From Tubiluchus corallicola (Eukaryota; Animalia; Priapulida): 64,000 nt of DNA. Each line of letters starts with the position of its first letter. Position 1 is the first letter of the stretch. Location: positions 124,001-188,000 of the forward strand of contig JAQGDQ010000190.1 of NCBI GenBank assembly GCA_030141605.1. The letters run 5' to 3'. This document shows, in pieces, positions 51,019 to 64,000 of the stretch. Made by a program: the position numbers and the translations under genes. The notes beneath the pieces were generated by a model. That model saw only the letters and a program-made list of their open reading frames with translations, was not told where the DNA came from and searched no databases.

Positions 51019-54013
51019 TACTTTTACAATGAAGAACGTAAACAATTCATAATATACATTGTAGAGCACAACATGTCGTATATAATACAAATTGTGTAAA
51101 ATTTCTGTATCTATACCACAGTTTTACTTCATAATACTGCAGTACATTACGTACGCGGAAATTCGGTTCCTATATACACACACATTAAAATTTGTGCTTG
51201 CCCTAGTACAGTTAACAATGAATTTACAAAGTATATTTTATATTTAAGATTAGTTATAATAATCATTATTGTGTAAAATTTAATTACGATAAGCCTTTAC
51301 TTTACTTTAGGATCTATTCACATAAAAAATTTAAAAGCGAGTAATGATCACATTTTAAAGCAAGTATTTTCTAGAATAAAACCGAAAACTTTTTAAAGCA
51401 CACAATTTATTAATAAGCACTTAATAATTATACTGATTTTTCAGGACCAGCATAATATATAAAAAAATTTATACTGCATTGAGAATATGAAATATCGCTT
51501 GCTTATTAATAAATTCTAGGTGTAAAGTTAATAAAGTACCCAATCTATTTCTAATAAATAACTTGTGTTCCATTAAGAAACGAAAAGCTAACAGAATTAA
51601 TTTCCGTGACAAGTTACAGATGTTTCTCAAGTAATAATCATTAGTAGGAGCAGAAGCGGTCATTTAAGATTTATGGACCTTAATTTTCAATCTGACCCCT
51701 GTTATTGATACGCTAAGCTGCATTATCTTTATTAAACCGATTACATAGATACAATTATGCAATACGTTTTGGCAAGTTAAAATGTGACTGTTGGCACCCT
51801 GCTACCAAAGCATTTACAACACTTGTCGGGCCCTTCATTGTACAGTTGCTAGTTGCTAACTTGAAATGAATGCAAGAGAAATTATTTTAGATAACACCAC
51901 AGCAACGATACACCCTATTCAAAAAGTTCAGAAACGTTTTTGTGAAAATACCTTAAAAAAGTCACAAGCAGCTGATATATAAATAATTAATTCATGTGTT
52001 TCGCAGTTTCGTTTTTCAAAAAACACGTCGTGTTTTTCGTTAAGGGAAACAAGCTTTTTTGTTAATAGCTGGTGCCATAAGTTTTGCTTAATACAGCGTG
52101 TCAAAAACTGTTTACTGCTCATGCCGATACCTCTTGAAAAATAAGTGAAAAATTATTACAGAACAAACTAGCAGCACATAAAAAAGTCAGTATATCACTT
52201 CAGCTAAAGGGAAATTCAAACCTTGAGTGTGAACAGTAGTAATCTCAGTCAAATTTACAGTAAAGTGTTAACATACACAAACTTGCTATGTAACGAATTC
52301 ATGCTCAGTAAGTCTGAAAATATACTGTTATATTTAAACCATAACACGTATTTACAAGATGCATGCATGAAAATGTGACACACCCAAACAATGAACAACA
52401 AACACCAACTCACACAAAATAATGATAATAATAGCAAATTTACAAGAAGATTAATTGTAAGAATAATAACGACGATGGTGGCGAAAATTGTACATAATTT
52501 TGGTAAAAAACACAGCAAACAAATGGACATCTTGGAATACCACGTAAATATTTTACATAAAGTACACTACTCTTAGATATGTAAGAATAAAATAAACTGG
52601 CTAATCTATCAAGTACCTATCTGTCTGTGCACTGCAAGTAGGTTGGCATAATCACAATGCATCAAAGATGTCAGGCACCCTGGTTAACTTATTTATATGC
52701 GAGTGCACGTATGTACAAAGTTGCTAATAATAATTAATATAATCTTTCAAGAAAACTGTAACATTACACAAGCAACTGAATATCATATAGTTACAGTAAT
52801 TTCTGTATCTTAAAGCAACCACACCACAGCTCTGTTAAAATGTTAATTATATACATCTAAATATAAGAAGCTTTAGTGCATAATTTACACCTGCAAACTA
52901 TCTGCCTATATGTAAATTTGACTTAATTATGACTAGAGCTTCTGGAAATTTTTTATGATTTGCAACTAGTTTGCAGTTAGTTTTGTCCAGAAATCGAATG
53001 ACCAGCTGCTAGCTAGCTTTTAAACTTTTGAAAGGCATTGAAATATAGTTTTGTGAAAATGACTAAGTGTATATCATTTATATATTCAAACTAATCATTC
53101 CACGATTTGTCTTAAAATGTAATTTCTGAGCAATTCAACCACAGCTGTTCAAATTTAGGCAGAAATTATAAAATTCAAATGATTAAAGCTTTAACAACAC
53201 ATAGGCATTACAATAAACTATGCAATAGCCTTACTTTACTTATAAAGAACAACATTTATTTTTGTCATAACTTTACTAAAATAGAAAAAAGTTATGAACC
53301 TTTTCAAAACGTCCTTTATAAGTATAGAAGGACTGGTGTAACAAGGTGGGGGTTCTGTCAGAGGTAAAATTCACAATAAATTTATAGACATAAATATGTT
53401 AATTAATTATCTTAATTGCACAAGTACATATATTATAAGACACTTTGTATTACTATTACTAAATAGTTATTTACTGTACATCTAACTGAAAAATAAGGAC
53501 TTATAATACAGATAAAATCGAGAAACACGTCAAAGCGTGATTATTATCCTAACTACAAACTCTGAATCTATTGTCTGTTTAAAATTCAATACTTACAAGT
53601 CACTAGCAATTCTAAATTAAAAGCAAACAACCAATTTTATAATAATTATTATGATAGACATGTTTCATATTACTTTTGTAAAATCACAGCACAACATGCA
53701 ACTAGCTCCATCTATAGGTGAAAATAGTGCACTTTGAGATTTCTGCTATGCTCACCGGTGATCATCAGTATCATTTTATTAATTTTAGCAGTTTGGAAAT
53801 AATTATAAATTTGTTTATATAGAAGGGTATCTTCACCATAGTTTTAAATGTCATGCCTGAGCAGAGAGAGAGAGAGAGAGAGCCGTACAAAAGACAAGGC
53901 AAACGATGGGCACAATGTTGTAATACAAATTCTATGTCATACAATATCCCATTAATTGCATTATAGTCACACAAGTAATGTTTCTGACTATAATGCAAGC
54001 AACAATTTATATA

Positions 54014-54776
54014 CCGTATATACGTGTGTACACGTCAACCTTATGTACAAGTCGATGTCCATTTCAGGACCAAAAACTGCATCATTTTATATATTACCTG
54101 TGTACAAGTCGACCATAAGATATTAAGATCTTCCAGAGTAAATGATGTCAACAATGGCCAAGTAATAAAGCAATAGCCTACTGTGTTAGTGTGTAAGATA
54201 CGTGCAAGTACCTGGGTCGAGTATATTATACCTACCCGATGTATATATATTCATGTTGAGGGCCATCAATGCAATCCATGATAATACAGCCTGGCCTTTC
54301 ATCGCGCATAATTGTTTGTAATGCCTTTAACTCTAGGATATCGCAACCAGGATCCGTCGTAACATTTCAGTCGCTGATTTCTCACTTAAAACTAAAAGCC
54401 CATACTTGAAACGTCACAGTTTTATTCAGTAACATCATTGGCGATTTCCATGTTCTGATCGAGTGCTCCGTCGCTAGTTTATTAACCGGTAATATATACA
54501 TTTTAACGTAATTTCACATACATTAAAATAAATTACAGTAATATTTGTTAATTTTGTGAAGTAATGTCAAGATGCGAACATTCTCTGATGTGAAGTATCA
54601 CAGTATGAGTGTTCATTCAGTCCATCGTATGAAGGATTATTTCTTTACACATTCGTATTGTAGACGACTCTTTAACGACATCTCCCAAAAACATATCCTG
54701 CAAGTATAAGTCGACCCCAAAAATTTCACCTTAAAATCACCTCCCAAAAATCCGACTTGTACATAAGTATATACGG
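54014..54776. mobile_element. TcMar (Tc2/pogo-like) non-autonomous element, 763 bp
   Basis: TA TSD on both sides. Left TIR CCGTATATACGTGTGTACACGTC; right end reads CCGTATATACTTATGTACAAGTC in reverse complement. Repeated subterminal tacaagtcga / tataagtcga motifs. Confidence 0.88.
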
Positions 54777-55620
54777 TAGATATCATGTTATGTCGATTTT
54801 ATTATAATATTAATGTAATTATATAATCCTATGTATACCATGTTATCACGTGTTTTGCAATGTTGTATTGTTGTTTGGTGTTTTCATAAAATAATAAAAA
54901 AATATGGTCTGCTATATGGTAAACAATGTGTGCCAAACTGTACAATACAAAAACTGCATTCGACTATACAGCAAAAACAGCCTTTGAGCAACATACTTTG
55001 AAGAATTGTTCGATTAGAATTTTCACACTACCAATCTCTCTTTACGCATGCGTGGTATTTAAATCTATGGTCTTCACATAATACTATTGCACTGAAATTC
55101 CTTTCTATCACAACTGCACAACATGACAGCAATGTTTTCAATATTCATAACCAATAATTTAAACCATTAATATCATTTACAAACAAACTTGGAAAGTGGG
55201 TGATTAAAAATTAGCTTGCTTATAATCATTGTTTTTTTAACAAATTTCACACAGCAAGTTTTTAATACAAAGTCATAAGACTTCATATACCAGCAAAATG
55301 TGGAATTACTTAGTAAAACATTTTTTGTTAATCATTAATATTTTGTAAATTAATCAACTAACATCTTGGCAAAGTGTTTAAACTTTTGTAATAAATTTTA
55401 TAATATGAACTTAATCTGCAGGCAGCTTTTTTGGCATATCCAGCTTTCCAGCAGTAAATCTAATAAATGGTTTTACCAGTTTGTCCTTACCCACATACAG
55501 CGAGAGAACTTTACCTAAATGACAACTTTCTCTTTTTACTGTCGCTCAACTAATAATAAAGTAGTAATTTACAAGTTATCAACAATTATATTTCACAAAC
55601 CACTGGACATTGGACAGCGG

Positions 55621-58600
55621 TCAGTCAGTGTACTTCTCCATCTGATACGATCCTTCAGTTGTCTGTTCTGTGTTGAACTCTGGATCATTACTAAATATCT
55701 GTAAGTCTAACTGATCCACTTCTAGCTGCGGAAAAAACTCTGAGTCAAATCCGCTTGCTAAACCCATTGCGCTGCCAATGTCTTTTCCTAAATCATCTGA
55801 AAAAAATTGTAAAAGCTCTCTATCAGTTAGCAAAGTTAGCAAAAACACACAAAATGAAGATTAAATGCCTACTGGACGTGCCAAAAATAATCAGTGGTCA
55901 TTATGGGTGAGTATTTTAACCGAGTGGTCACGCGCAATTGTTTTACGACCAAAAGCTAGGTTAATCAGCAAATGGCCGATTGACTACCTTTAATACATAC
56001 TCTGGGCGGTGTCACCTGCCATTGTGATTCTGGCTACTTACCTCGCAGAGGGAGGACATATTCACATCCTAACATGTCTTAGATACCCCTGCTGGTTCAG
56101 TGGCTTATCTTAAACTCATAGTATTGATAATTATAATGAGCCAGATTCTGGTCTTGCTACAAACGCTCATACTGAGTAGATCTGCTGGACCTTGCAGTGT
56201 GTCAGTCTATATCTAACTGATTGCTACAAGTATCAAAAAAGGTATGCTATATAATGCATATCTAAGATACAGAAGATGTTTTTTCAAATATCATGTTCAC
56301 AGTATCTAAAGTTCCTAGCACTACTATAGCAATGAAAGTCTTTATCCACTAAACAAAAACACCACGAACTATCTGTTTCTAACAAAAAACTAAAACATTT
56401 GCCTTCTGTTCCTGCTGTTAATGAATGAGTTCGATTTGATCGTGTACAACGTTTTTGTAAATCTCCAATCTTGTACATCACTGTTAAAGTCAGAAGGAAG
56501 TTTTGGCATAGACCATGCTAATTTATTCTGCCTACTAACACCTTAGTCACCTACAGGCCATATTTAAGTAGACGACCCGAAGAAAGATTCTGCCTACTGT
56601 TTCAAATTCACAATTAGACTAATGATTTCTGAAAGCCTCCAGCAAATGAAAAAAAGTATGCACATAGTAGCTCCCCTACTATTATTAACTTAGTTTACTT
56701 GGCTCCCTTGCTGCCTGTTCACAAATCTGAATGATAAATCTGCTCAATGCATGTTCATACGGTAAAAGCAAAGGTATGTAACTCAGATGAGTTTAAGGCG
56801 AATGCATGACTCAACTGCCAGACAATTATTTAGAGCATTTTGTTATTGTCAGAGTAATTAGTAAGCAACTTTAGAAGATTAAGCAAAACATACAGTTTTT
56901 CAATCCAACATTTTATATTTTTACATTAGATAGCAATGAAACACATTAGTAGGTACAATGTATTATTGCTACTTCCACCCAGAGTTGTGCTTACAAATTT
57001 AGCCGTTACACAACCAATTAACTGTTACACAAATTATTCAATTTACAAATTTCCTTACTACTTAATGAAAAAGTCGCATCTGCGAATAACAACAGACTGT
57101 CAGTTCAAAAAAACATTAGAAAACGAATTTTCAGCAGTACGTCAGATTAAATAAACCAATTACTCGGCTTCTTTAGTAGTAATATCTGATATAGAGATCT
57201 TGTTTCAACATACCTATTACGATGTCTGGTATGCTGTTTCTAGGCTGCTGATGTTGACTATGCATTACATTTGTGCTCATTCCCCCATTTGACAATGACT
57301 GCTGCAATAACAAAAAACTATGAAACGGAAAGTTAAAATTATTATGAACGCAATAATTAATTCACTCACTTTTAACAGTTTTGAAACTAAGAATGTCACA
57401 GAGCCCTTATAAAAAAAGTATACGAGTTGCGAAATTAATGCTATAAACGCACATGGGCCAACGGGCCATCCACATATAATGATATCAAGTTTAGGGTAGG
57501 TAGGTGGGTGGCAGGAGACGTGATACTGCCATTATAATGCAAGGTAGGTAGGTGATTTAGTCATGATATCATTATCTGGCTTTTTTTCATGAATTGGGGC
57601 TGCCACTGCCTCCACCGCCGATGCCAGCAGAATCCATTGATGGTTTCCTTTAATTAACACAAGTGATGTTGTTGCTTGTCCTTTGGAGGAAGAATAAAAT
57701 ATAGTATTCAGCGTGCAATTCTAACTGCTCGTTCAGATGTAGAGAGTTCTCTCACAACTTCTCTCTGAGAGCGTCAACTTGCAGATGAACTCTCAGCAAC
57801 TCTCAACGAGTTTGTAATAAGTTGCGAGGGAAGTTGCCAAGCTGTTCACACTCTCAGAGAGATGTTACACAATAAGTTGCGAGAGAACTTGCATAAGAAC
57901 CTTTTGATTTTCTATTTGGCAAACTGTATCTGTACCTCTTGGAATTTTGGAAACTCATGACAATAACAGAAAGTACGACACACGTGAACAGTGCAAGATT
58001 TCAACTGCTAATGTTTTTAAACAAAGAACAGAGTTTTACACAAGGCAACACACATAAATGAAGATGCAGTGCGAAAGCTTACAGGTTGTGTGTACGGCAG
58101 CTGATGGTTGTCCCCAGTCATTCCCGAATACATTGTTGTACTGGGTAGAGGAGAATTTGGCGCACTTTCCGATGACGGTGAAGTTTTATCCTGCAGAAAG
58201 AAATTGTAAAACATAATTTCAGTACTATAACCTGCTGAAGGAAGGAAAACCTGCTCAACTCCATTCTTGAGGTTTAGGGTTAGAGGACAATTGACCAAAA
58301 CTGAATCCTGGCTTGGCTCTTTTTGATGAGTCTAAGTGTGCAAGTAATTTGTGTTGCTTTAGCGGTCTTTTGACTATCTTTCACAAATAACTGGTAAACA
58401 ATATCCCTACCACTATGAATCGTTTTCTTCAGCTTCTTCTTTCGGCAATGTTGTTTCATACTCATTTGGCTATCCTTTTGTTCATCTTGCTCCAGATGAG
58501 TTTAAGTGATATAGGAAATGGCCTATAGTATTGACAGTGGAGCAAACCTGTCAAACTGTGTTGCACTTGACTATGGTGCAGCATTCAGCATGCATTTTTA

Positions 58601-61600
58601 AGACATTTTTGATTTTTCTATTTGGTCAAATTTATCACTATTACTATTAACTTAGTTTACCTACTCTCACGCTAGTTTGTCGGAAAATATACTAGCTGGT
58701 ATTATTCTCCTACGTGAACACACAAACGCACGTGTAAAAACATTTCCCTCTTTACACTTCAACATTTTTCTACAAATGATTTGCATACGTGACTGGACTG
58801 AAAAGATATCTGATATGCATACAGAGTACACCACAAAACACAGTAAAAGCAAAGTTTTCCTCCAAAAACGTTCATAGAAACCCACCTCTATTTGTTAATT
58901 ACGGGTTAATTAATTTGCAAATTGAACAGACCTAACATAGACTATCCTACCTTTTCCAAAACCTGTAAGAGCTGCAAGATTTTCACAATGACATTTCTAA
59001 ATAACAAACTCGACCAACCCATCAGCACATATTTGTCTAGTTAATAAATTATTAGTCTGGAACTATTAAATGTACCAGTACGAGATTAGCGTATTTTCAT
59101 AGGTGATGTGAGATTCTGAATTATTGCAAAATACACAAATATACATCACCCTCAATGTTCATCTTTATAACAAAGAAAGTGCAGCTTAGAACTAGATGGA
59201 GAAGACAGAAATTGCAAGGCGTGTACATATGATGACTATCGTCTTGATAAAACTACATTAAATGGAACCTTCGGTTTTCAGTACTACACCATGCTTAATG
59301 TGACACATGCAGAAGTGTATTTTCATTTCATTTACACGGTAATTAAGAATAAGCATACTCACCATGTTAAACTGTTCCAACTTGTGTTGCAAGGCATTTG
59401 CTTGCTGCATTTGTTTAGTATTCAATGCGTACGGCTCACTGTATGGAGAAGCGGGTGAACCCATATATGGAGATCCCGGAGACCGTGATGGCGACATACC
59501 CCTTCCACCTGGTGAGTGAGGTGTGGCAGGAGACGGAGGTCCTGGACTTTGGCAATTTTCTGGTGACTGAGGACTCCTGTATGACATTGACGTCTGTAAC
59601 AAAGAATGACATAGTAACAAAGCAGACAAAAATAAAGTACTGAACAACTACCTTCTTCACCATTTTCCTCGTTGTTTGTTTCCTTCTTAAATTAATCAAG
59701 AATACTTTGTGTAATCTTCCACTCACTCAGTTGCTTTCATTAATGTGGATAATTCTACCAGGCATCTTAAATGACATATATCAAACATAAAACACTATGC
59801 AAGTTGCTAATTAGAAAAAAAAGCTAACAAGTGGCACTCCTGAAATGATATTATATTAATATTTTATTCATAAGTCTCAGTTTTTTACTTTTCACTGCAT
59901 GTTTGATCATCAGATATTGTTCGCCCAGCTAGTAAAAGATAAACTCAACAGTAAACACTTGCAAGTTCCTCCACTTGGGTGTTTGTAGCATACTTTGGCC
60001 CTCTGTACACCAGAATTAGGCATTCAACTGCAGGGCTTACTCAAGGCAATGTTTGTGGCATAACTGGAGCCCAACTCAAATAAATGAATCACTGAACTGA
60101 CAGCAGTCCCTTAGCGTGATTCCTAAAAACTATTTTAAATCAACTTTTGTAATTTCATAGTTTTAATTGTATAAATCATGAACTGAATTGAATACTTACT
60201 CGTTTGAAGTGCTTGCATGCTTCTTAGAGATTTTTTTAGCTTCATAATGCAAGTTTTGCAGTATTTTAATCTAGATTGGAAACTCTCTGGTTTTAACATT
60301 TTTATTTTCTTGATGTACTTTGGACCCAATTTATAGATATATAATTTTATGCAAATTTATTATGTTAGTGGTACAAAATATTAGAATTGTACCTAATTAA
60401 GTAGTTAACAGAAGCGAAACAGGTTATGAATAAACTGACGGGTAAAGTAATTGATACAGCAACTTTAGCTAAGTGTTTGAAAATAAAGGTAAAGGAATTA
60501 AACTGCTTTGTATTATACCTATTGTAAAACGTGTTACAGCATATAGATATAGAAAACAGCTAAAGAAAACTAAAAATAAGCTTAATGTAACATAACTTAA
60601 CTCAGCTATGTAATAAATCCTTTTAAAGGCTGCAACTAAAAAATGACTTATTTGAAACAGTCTAGCATTCTGAATTTCATTCCGAATACTGAAATATGGG
60701 TGATTTCCTTTATATTGAAAATCCATGCAATAAATGACAATATAAAATTTAAACACGATTAAACATGCGAGTTTAATAATGATATTATGAGATATTGAAA
60801 GTTCTGAACAATGAAATTCAGTTTAGACATGTGACATGCACAGATGAAAGCTAATTCAGAATTACATCTTACATGTAATTCTGAAAAGGACATTATGAGA
60901 CCAGAAAGAATAAAGCCGCTGCATGTCATTTCAAGAGTATCACTGTTAACTAGTTTTTTCTAGCAGTAACTGGCGGTAATTAGTTTCCAGTACAGTCATA
61001 CCTCCGTTTTCGAACGTCTCCGTACTCGTACAAATTCGTTCGAGTTGAAATTGTCTCCGTTCTCGACCAGAATTTCGGTACTCGACCAACCGCCAACATG
61101 TGATGAACGTGTGCGCGGCGAGCCGAGCATAACGGACCGCACCCGAGAGTAGTCATGCACGTGTTTCCGATCTTGCTTACATATGCCATCACACTGCTAC
61201 CAGCACGTAAGGTTTTTTCATGCAGGAATAATTAAGTAATTCTATTATGTTTTCCTTATCAATCATATCATATCCACTGTTTAGATAAACATTTTTACAT
61301 TATTATATTTAATTTTAGTAATACTTTACAGTTGAGAACGGATTATTTGCTTTTACATTACTTTTTTATGGGAATAAATGATTCGGTACTCAACCAAATT
61401 GGTTTTCAAACACTTTTTAGGAACGAATTATGGTCAAAAACAGAGGTATGACTGTATTCAACGAGGTCAGTTATTAAATTAGTCTCGGGGGCGGGATCAG
61501 ACCAAACTCATCCAAGATGAAGTACAAATTAAGCAGGTGTTATTATCTTCATATGTATATATATATATAATCATCTCTCAAAAATAAAACAGCGAGAGGA

Positions 61601-63267
61601 TTATGCTAGATGGAAATTTCCAAAACCAGTTTTCCTAGGGATCACCCAACCATTTACTGACCAAGCTTGGCACTGCTTAACTCTGGTCACTAATCATACA
61701 TGGTAACTTTGCCAGCTATCAACTCAAACTTTGTCCTCTATCTATTATTCAAAAAGTTTGTCCAACACAGTAAACGATTTCTTTTGAAACGAACTAATAA
61801 TCCATGAGAAAAAAATACGTAACTTATAATTCAAATTTAAATAACATAAGTCTGTTTACTCACAGAACTAGCTAAACTGTGCGGTGCTACTTGCGTCATG
61901 GCCTGTTCCATGTTTTGTAGAAAGGTTTGCTGTGTCATACCAGCTGGTAGCCACGACTGCGGGGGCAAACTCTGTGACAACGGCTGATTTAGGGCTAATG
62001 ACATGCGAGGCGAAGTCATTTGGGGGCCTCTCCGAGGCATTGGCATAGCTGTAGTTTGTGGGTAGATAAAGTTTGTGAAATCTTCGTGGTGATGATTCAT
62101 CATTGGCACTGCATTACTTGCACCAATGACCCCTGTATGCTAAAAACCAAAAAAAAAATGTAAGAGTAATGATAAGAAGTCAGCAAATTATCAGTAAAGC
62201 TTTTTCTAACACTAAATTTAAATATTTTAGCTGTTTTGATTAACGCAATCTGAAAAATGCAATGAGCTTTTAGAATCAAAACGGAAATTTATTTAAACGC
62301 AGAAAAGTTTAAAAACGTAAAAGCAGAACGAACCGACAAGCAGTTTTTCCCAATTTGCAAACAATCAGAAAAGTGCAGTAAGAACTACTCAAAGCTAAGA
62401 ACAGTATGATCATTTGACACCTTCCTTACATATAAAGCAATTGTGCAAGATGCAAAGCATTTAGCCGACAAGAAGTGAATTGAGAAGGCGACACTTTATT
62501 CTCCAATTTTATTTTATCATATTACCATATTCAAAAACATAAAATTATGTATAAGTCTTCGGTATGAGTACCACACATGTCAGGTAATCAACTTACGCAG
62601 TAATGCTCAAAAACAGCAACACACTGACTCATCATTGTAAATGTAAGCAATCTACTTTGAAAAATATACAAGGACTTTTTTGCAAAAATATAGAAAGCAT
62701 GCAAGAAAAATTAATTCAAAAATGCGTTTTTTACTAGCTGTACAAAAGAGTTTATAAAAGAAATTGCACTTACACACAAAAATTTACAACTTCGTTCACA
62801 AATGCAACACTGCTTACAGGTGCAGTTGTCACTGAAATTTTCTTATATCAAAGAAAGTGTAGGATGTGACTATAAATATATTATGTGTACTCAGTTTTCA
62901 AGATAATTTTTTTAGATTTTAGATTAGTAATAGCTATGTTAAGCAAACAGAAATGACAATAACCTGATGATTTATTTGAGTTGGTGAATGTTGTGACCCC
63001 TGCTGGTGATTGACTGAACTAGCATTGTGTGATCGTTGATTCATCAGACAACTAAGTTGTGCAGTAACCATTTGTCCTGTTAGTGGATACAGACTTGTAG
63101 GACTCAGCATCTGTTGCGACGACGCATCCTCTACATCGATGGGGTTCACGAGGGGTGACGGGAACTGCAGGCAAGTGAGGTCTGGCAGGGAACCGGTATT
63201 GCTTCCAATGGGTATGCTAGGTTGATTAGGGGATGTATCTTGGGAGTGATCCGAATGATACTCTATG
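55621..63267 (-). CDS. CRTC1: CREB-regulated transcription coactivator (CRTC/TORC), last six exons; 5' part lies beyond the right edge
   Basis: Phase-consistent exons: 63267-62964 (NTGSLPDLTCLQFPSPLVNPIDVED, the conserved SLPDL site), 62139-61864, 59593-59363 (QANALQHKLEQFNM), 58190-58083, 57301-57214 (SIPDIVI, PxIxIT-like), 55796-55621 (acidic transactivation tail, TGA). Paralog number is nominal for an invertebrate. Confidence 0.88.
60993..61454. mobile_element. Tigger-like MITE, 462 bp, in CRTC intron
   Basis: TA-CAGTCATACCTC...GAGGTATGACTG-TA: perfect 12-bp terminal TIR with TA TSD; repeated cggtactc / cgtactc subterminal motifs. Confidence 0.9.
61621..61690 (-). mobile_element. 5S rRNA-derived fragment (SINE3-like or pseudogene), copy 2
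   Basis: Reverse complement gtgaccagagttaagcagtgccaagcttggtcagtaaatggttgggtgatccctaggaaaactgg matches the 5S A-box/C-box region. Confidence 0.6.
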
Positions 63268-64000
63268 CTGAAATAAATAATGCAGAATACTCGAATCAGC
63301 GTTAAAATAAATACAACAAGCAGCAAATATAAATAGTTATTAGTTATTACTATCAGCATTGTTGCCCTAGCTGATACAAGAAAACTGATGCATCTTGGGA
63401 GTTTGCTGTACAAGCTAAAAAAATGCACCTTACTAACGTTAAAAAAATTCTACTTATTTTATCTACTTTAGGATTTTACTATTTATCAACTAACTCTCAT
63501 TGACATTATTCACTACAATGAATCACTCACATAAATCGATTTATTGCTAATTAATATTGACGAACTAATGTACTAGATAATAAACAAAATCTACGAACCA
63601 TCATACCATCATGGGTAAGTTCGTATTACTGCAATAGTATCTCGTAAGTTCATAATAGTATTAAGTAACTATTACTGGTAGTTAATTATTACTATTACAC
63701 ATAGTACTTTTGACATGTTAAGTTAAGTGATAAAACTAATTTTTTGATAAACGGAATGTTTATACTGTCTTATACTTCAGTGTACTAAACTAATATTCAA
63801 AACTACAGGAAATCTATGACTACTATATGGTAACTATGGAATGTGCACTTTGATGCTGAATTCTGAAATTCAACTCCCTTACCTAGAATTTCAAAAAAAA
63901 TCTTGCTTTAGCAATGAATGTATTCTACTGTTATTGAATTTTCAGAATGTATTTTACTATCTCTAACTTTGTAGCAGAACTAATTTTGTTATTTTGTAAA

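Noticed and set aside
56034-56060. U1 snRNA-like 5' end (tacttacctcgcagagg) on the + strand
   Set aside because: Only the complement of a consensus donor; no U1 stem-loops or Sm site follow.
57720-57900. Short ctctca/agttgcgag repeats resembling a CRISPR or structured array
   Set aside because: Irregular degenerate inverted motifs in a eukaryotic intron with no constant repeat-spacer period; probably a decayed MITE.
59950-60130. Possible antisense LINE remnant (FLGITL...VSPAVECLILVY)
   Set aside because: Too degenerate to support by eye.
1-64000. Prokaryotic-type systems (CRISPR, operons, defence islands) or horizontal inserts
   Set aside because: All coding signal is explained by four eukaryotic genes and TE remnants; no bacterial-like ORF cluster or repeat-spacer array was seen.

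Overview
AT-rich, intron-rich animal genomic DNA, most likely a marine invertebrate; the taxon cannot be fixed from this window. It is not prokaryotic, and most ORF-track entries are spurious or single exons. I reconstructed four protein-coding genes by hand, all on the minus strand, from GT-AG junctions with consistent phases. (1) A 23+-exon LDL-receptor-family gene with two-cluster vitellogenin-receptor/yolkless architecture: signal peptide, 4 LA, 2 EGF, propeller, EGF, propeller, EGF, 6 LA, 2 EGF, propeller, 2 EGF, TM. It runs off the left edge. (2) A complete 21-exon XAB2/SYF1 splicing factor (857 aa). (3) A GT92-family glycosyltransferase with an intronless CDS. (4) The last six exons of a CRTC/TORC coactivator. 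Introns and spacers hold hAT, Tc1/Tc2/Tigger-like and Zator-like non-autonomous elements, CR1/L2 LINE remnants, a tRNA-headed MetaSINE-like element, two related 5S-derived fragments, fold-back palindromes and microsatellites. I found no clearly novel biological system. The best leads are the XAB2 / VgR-like adjacency (possible deep synteny with vertebrate lrp13), the 4+6 LA architecture, and a perfect 14-bp intronic complement of a 5' splice site.
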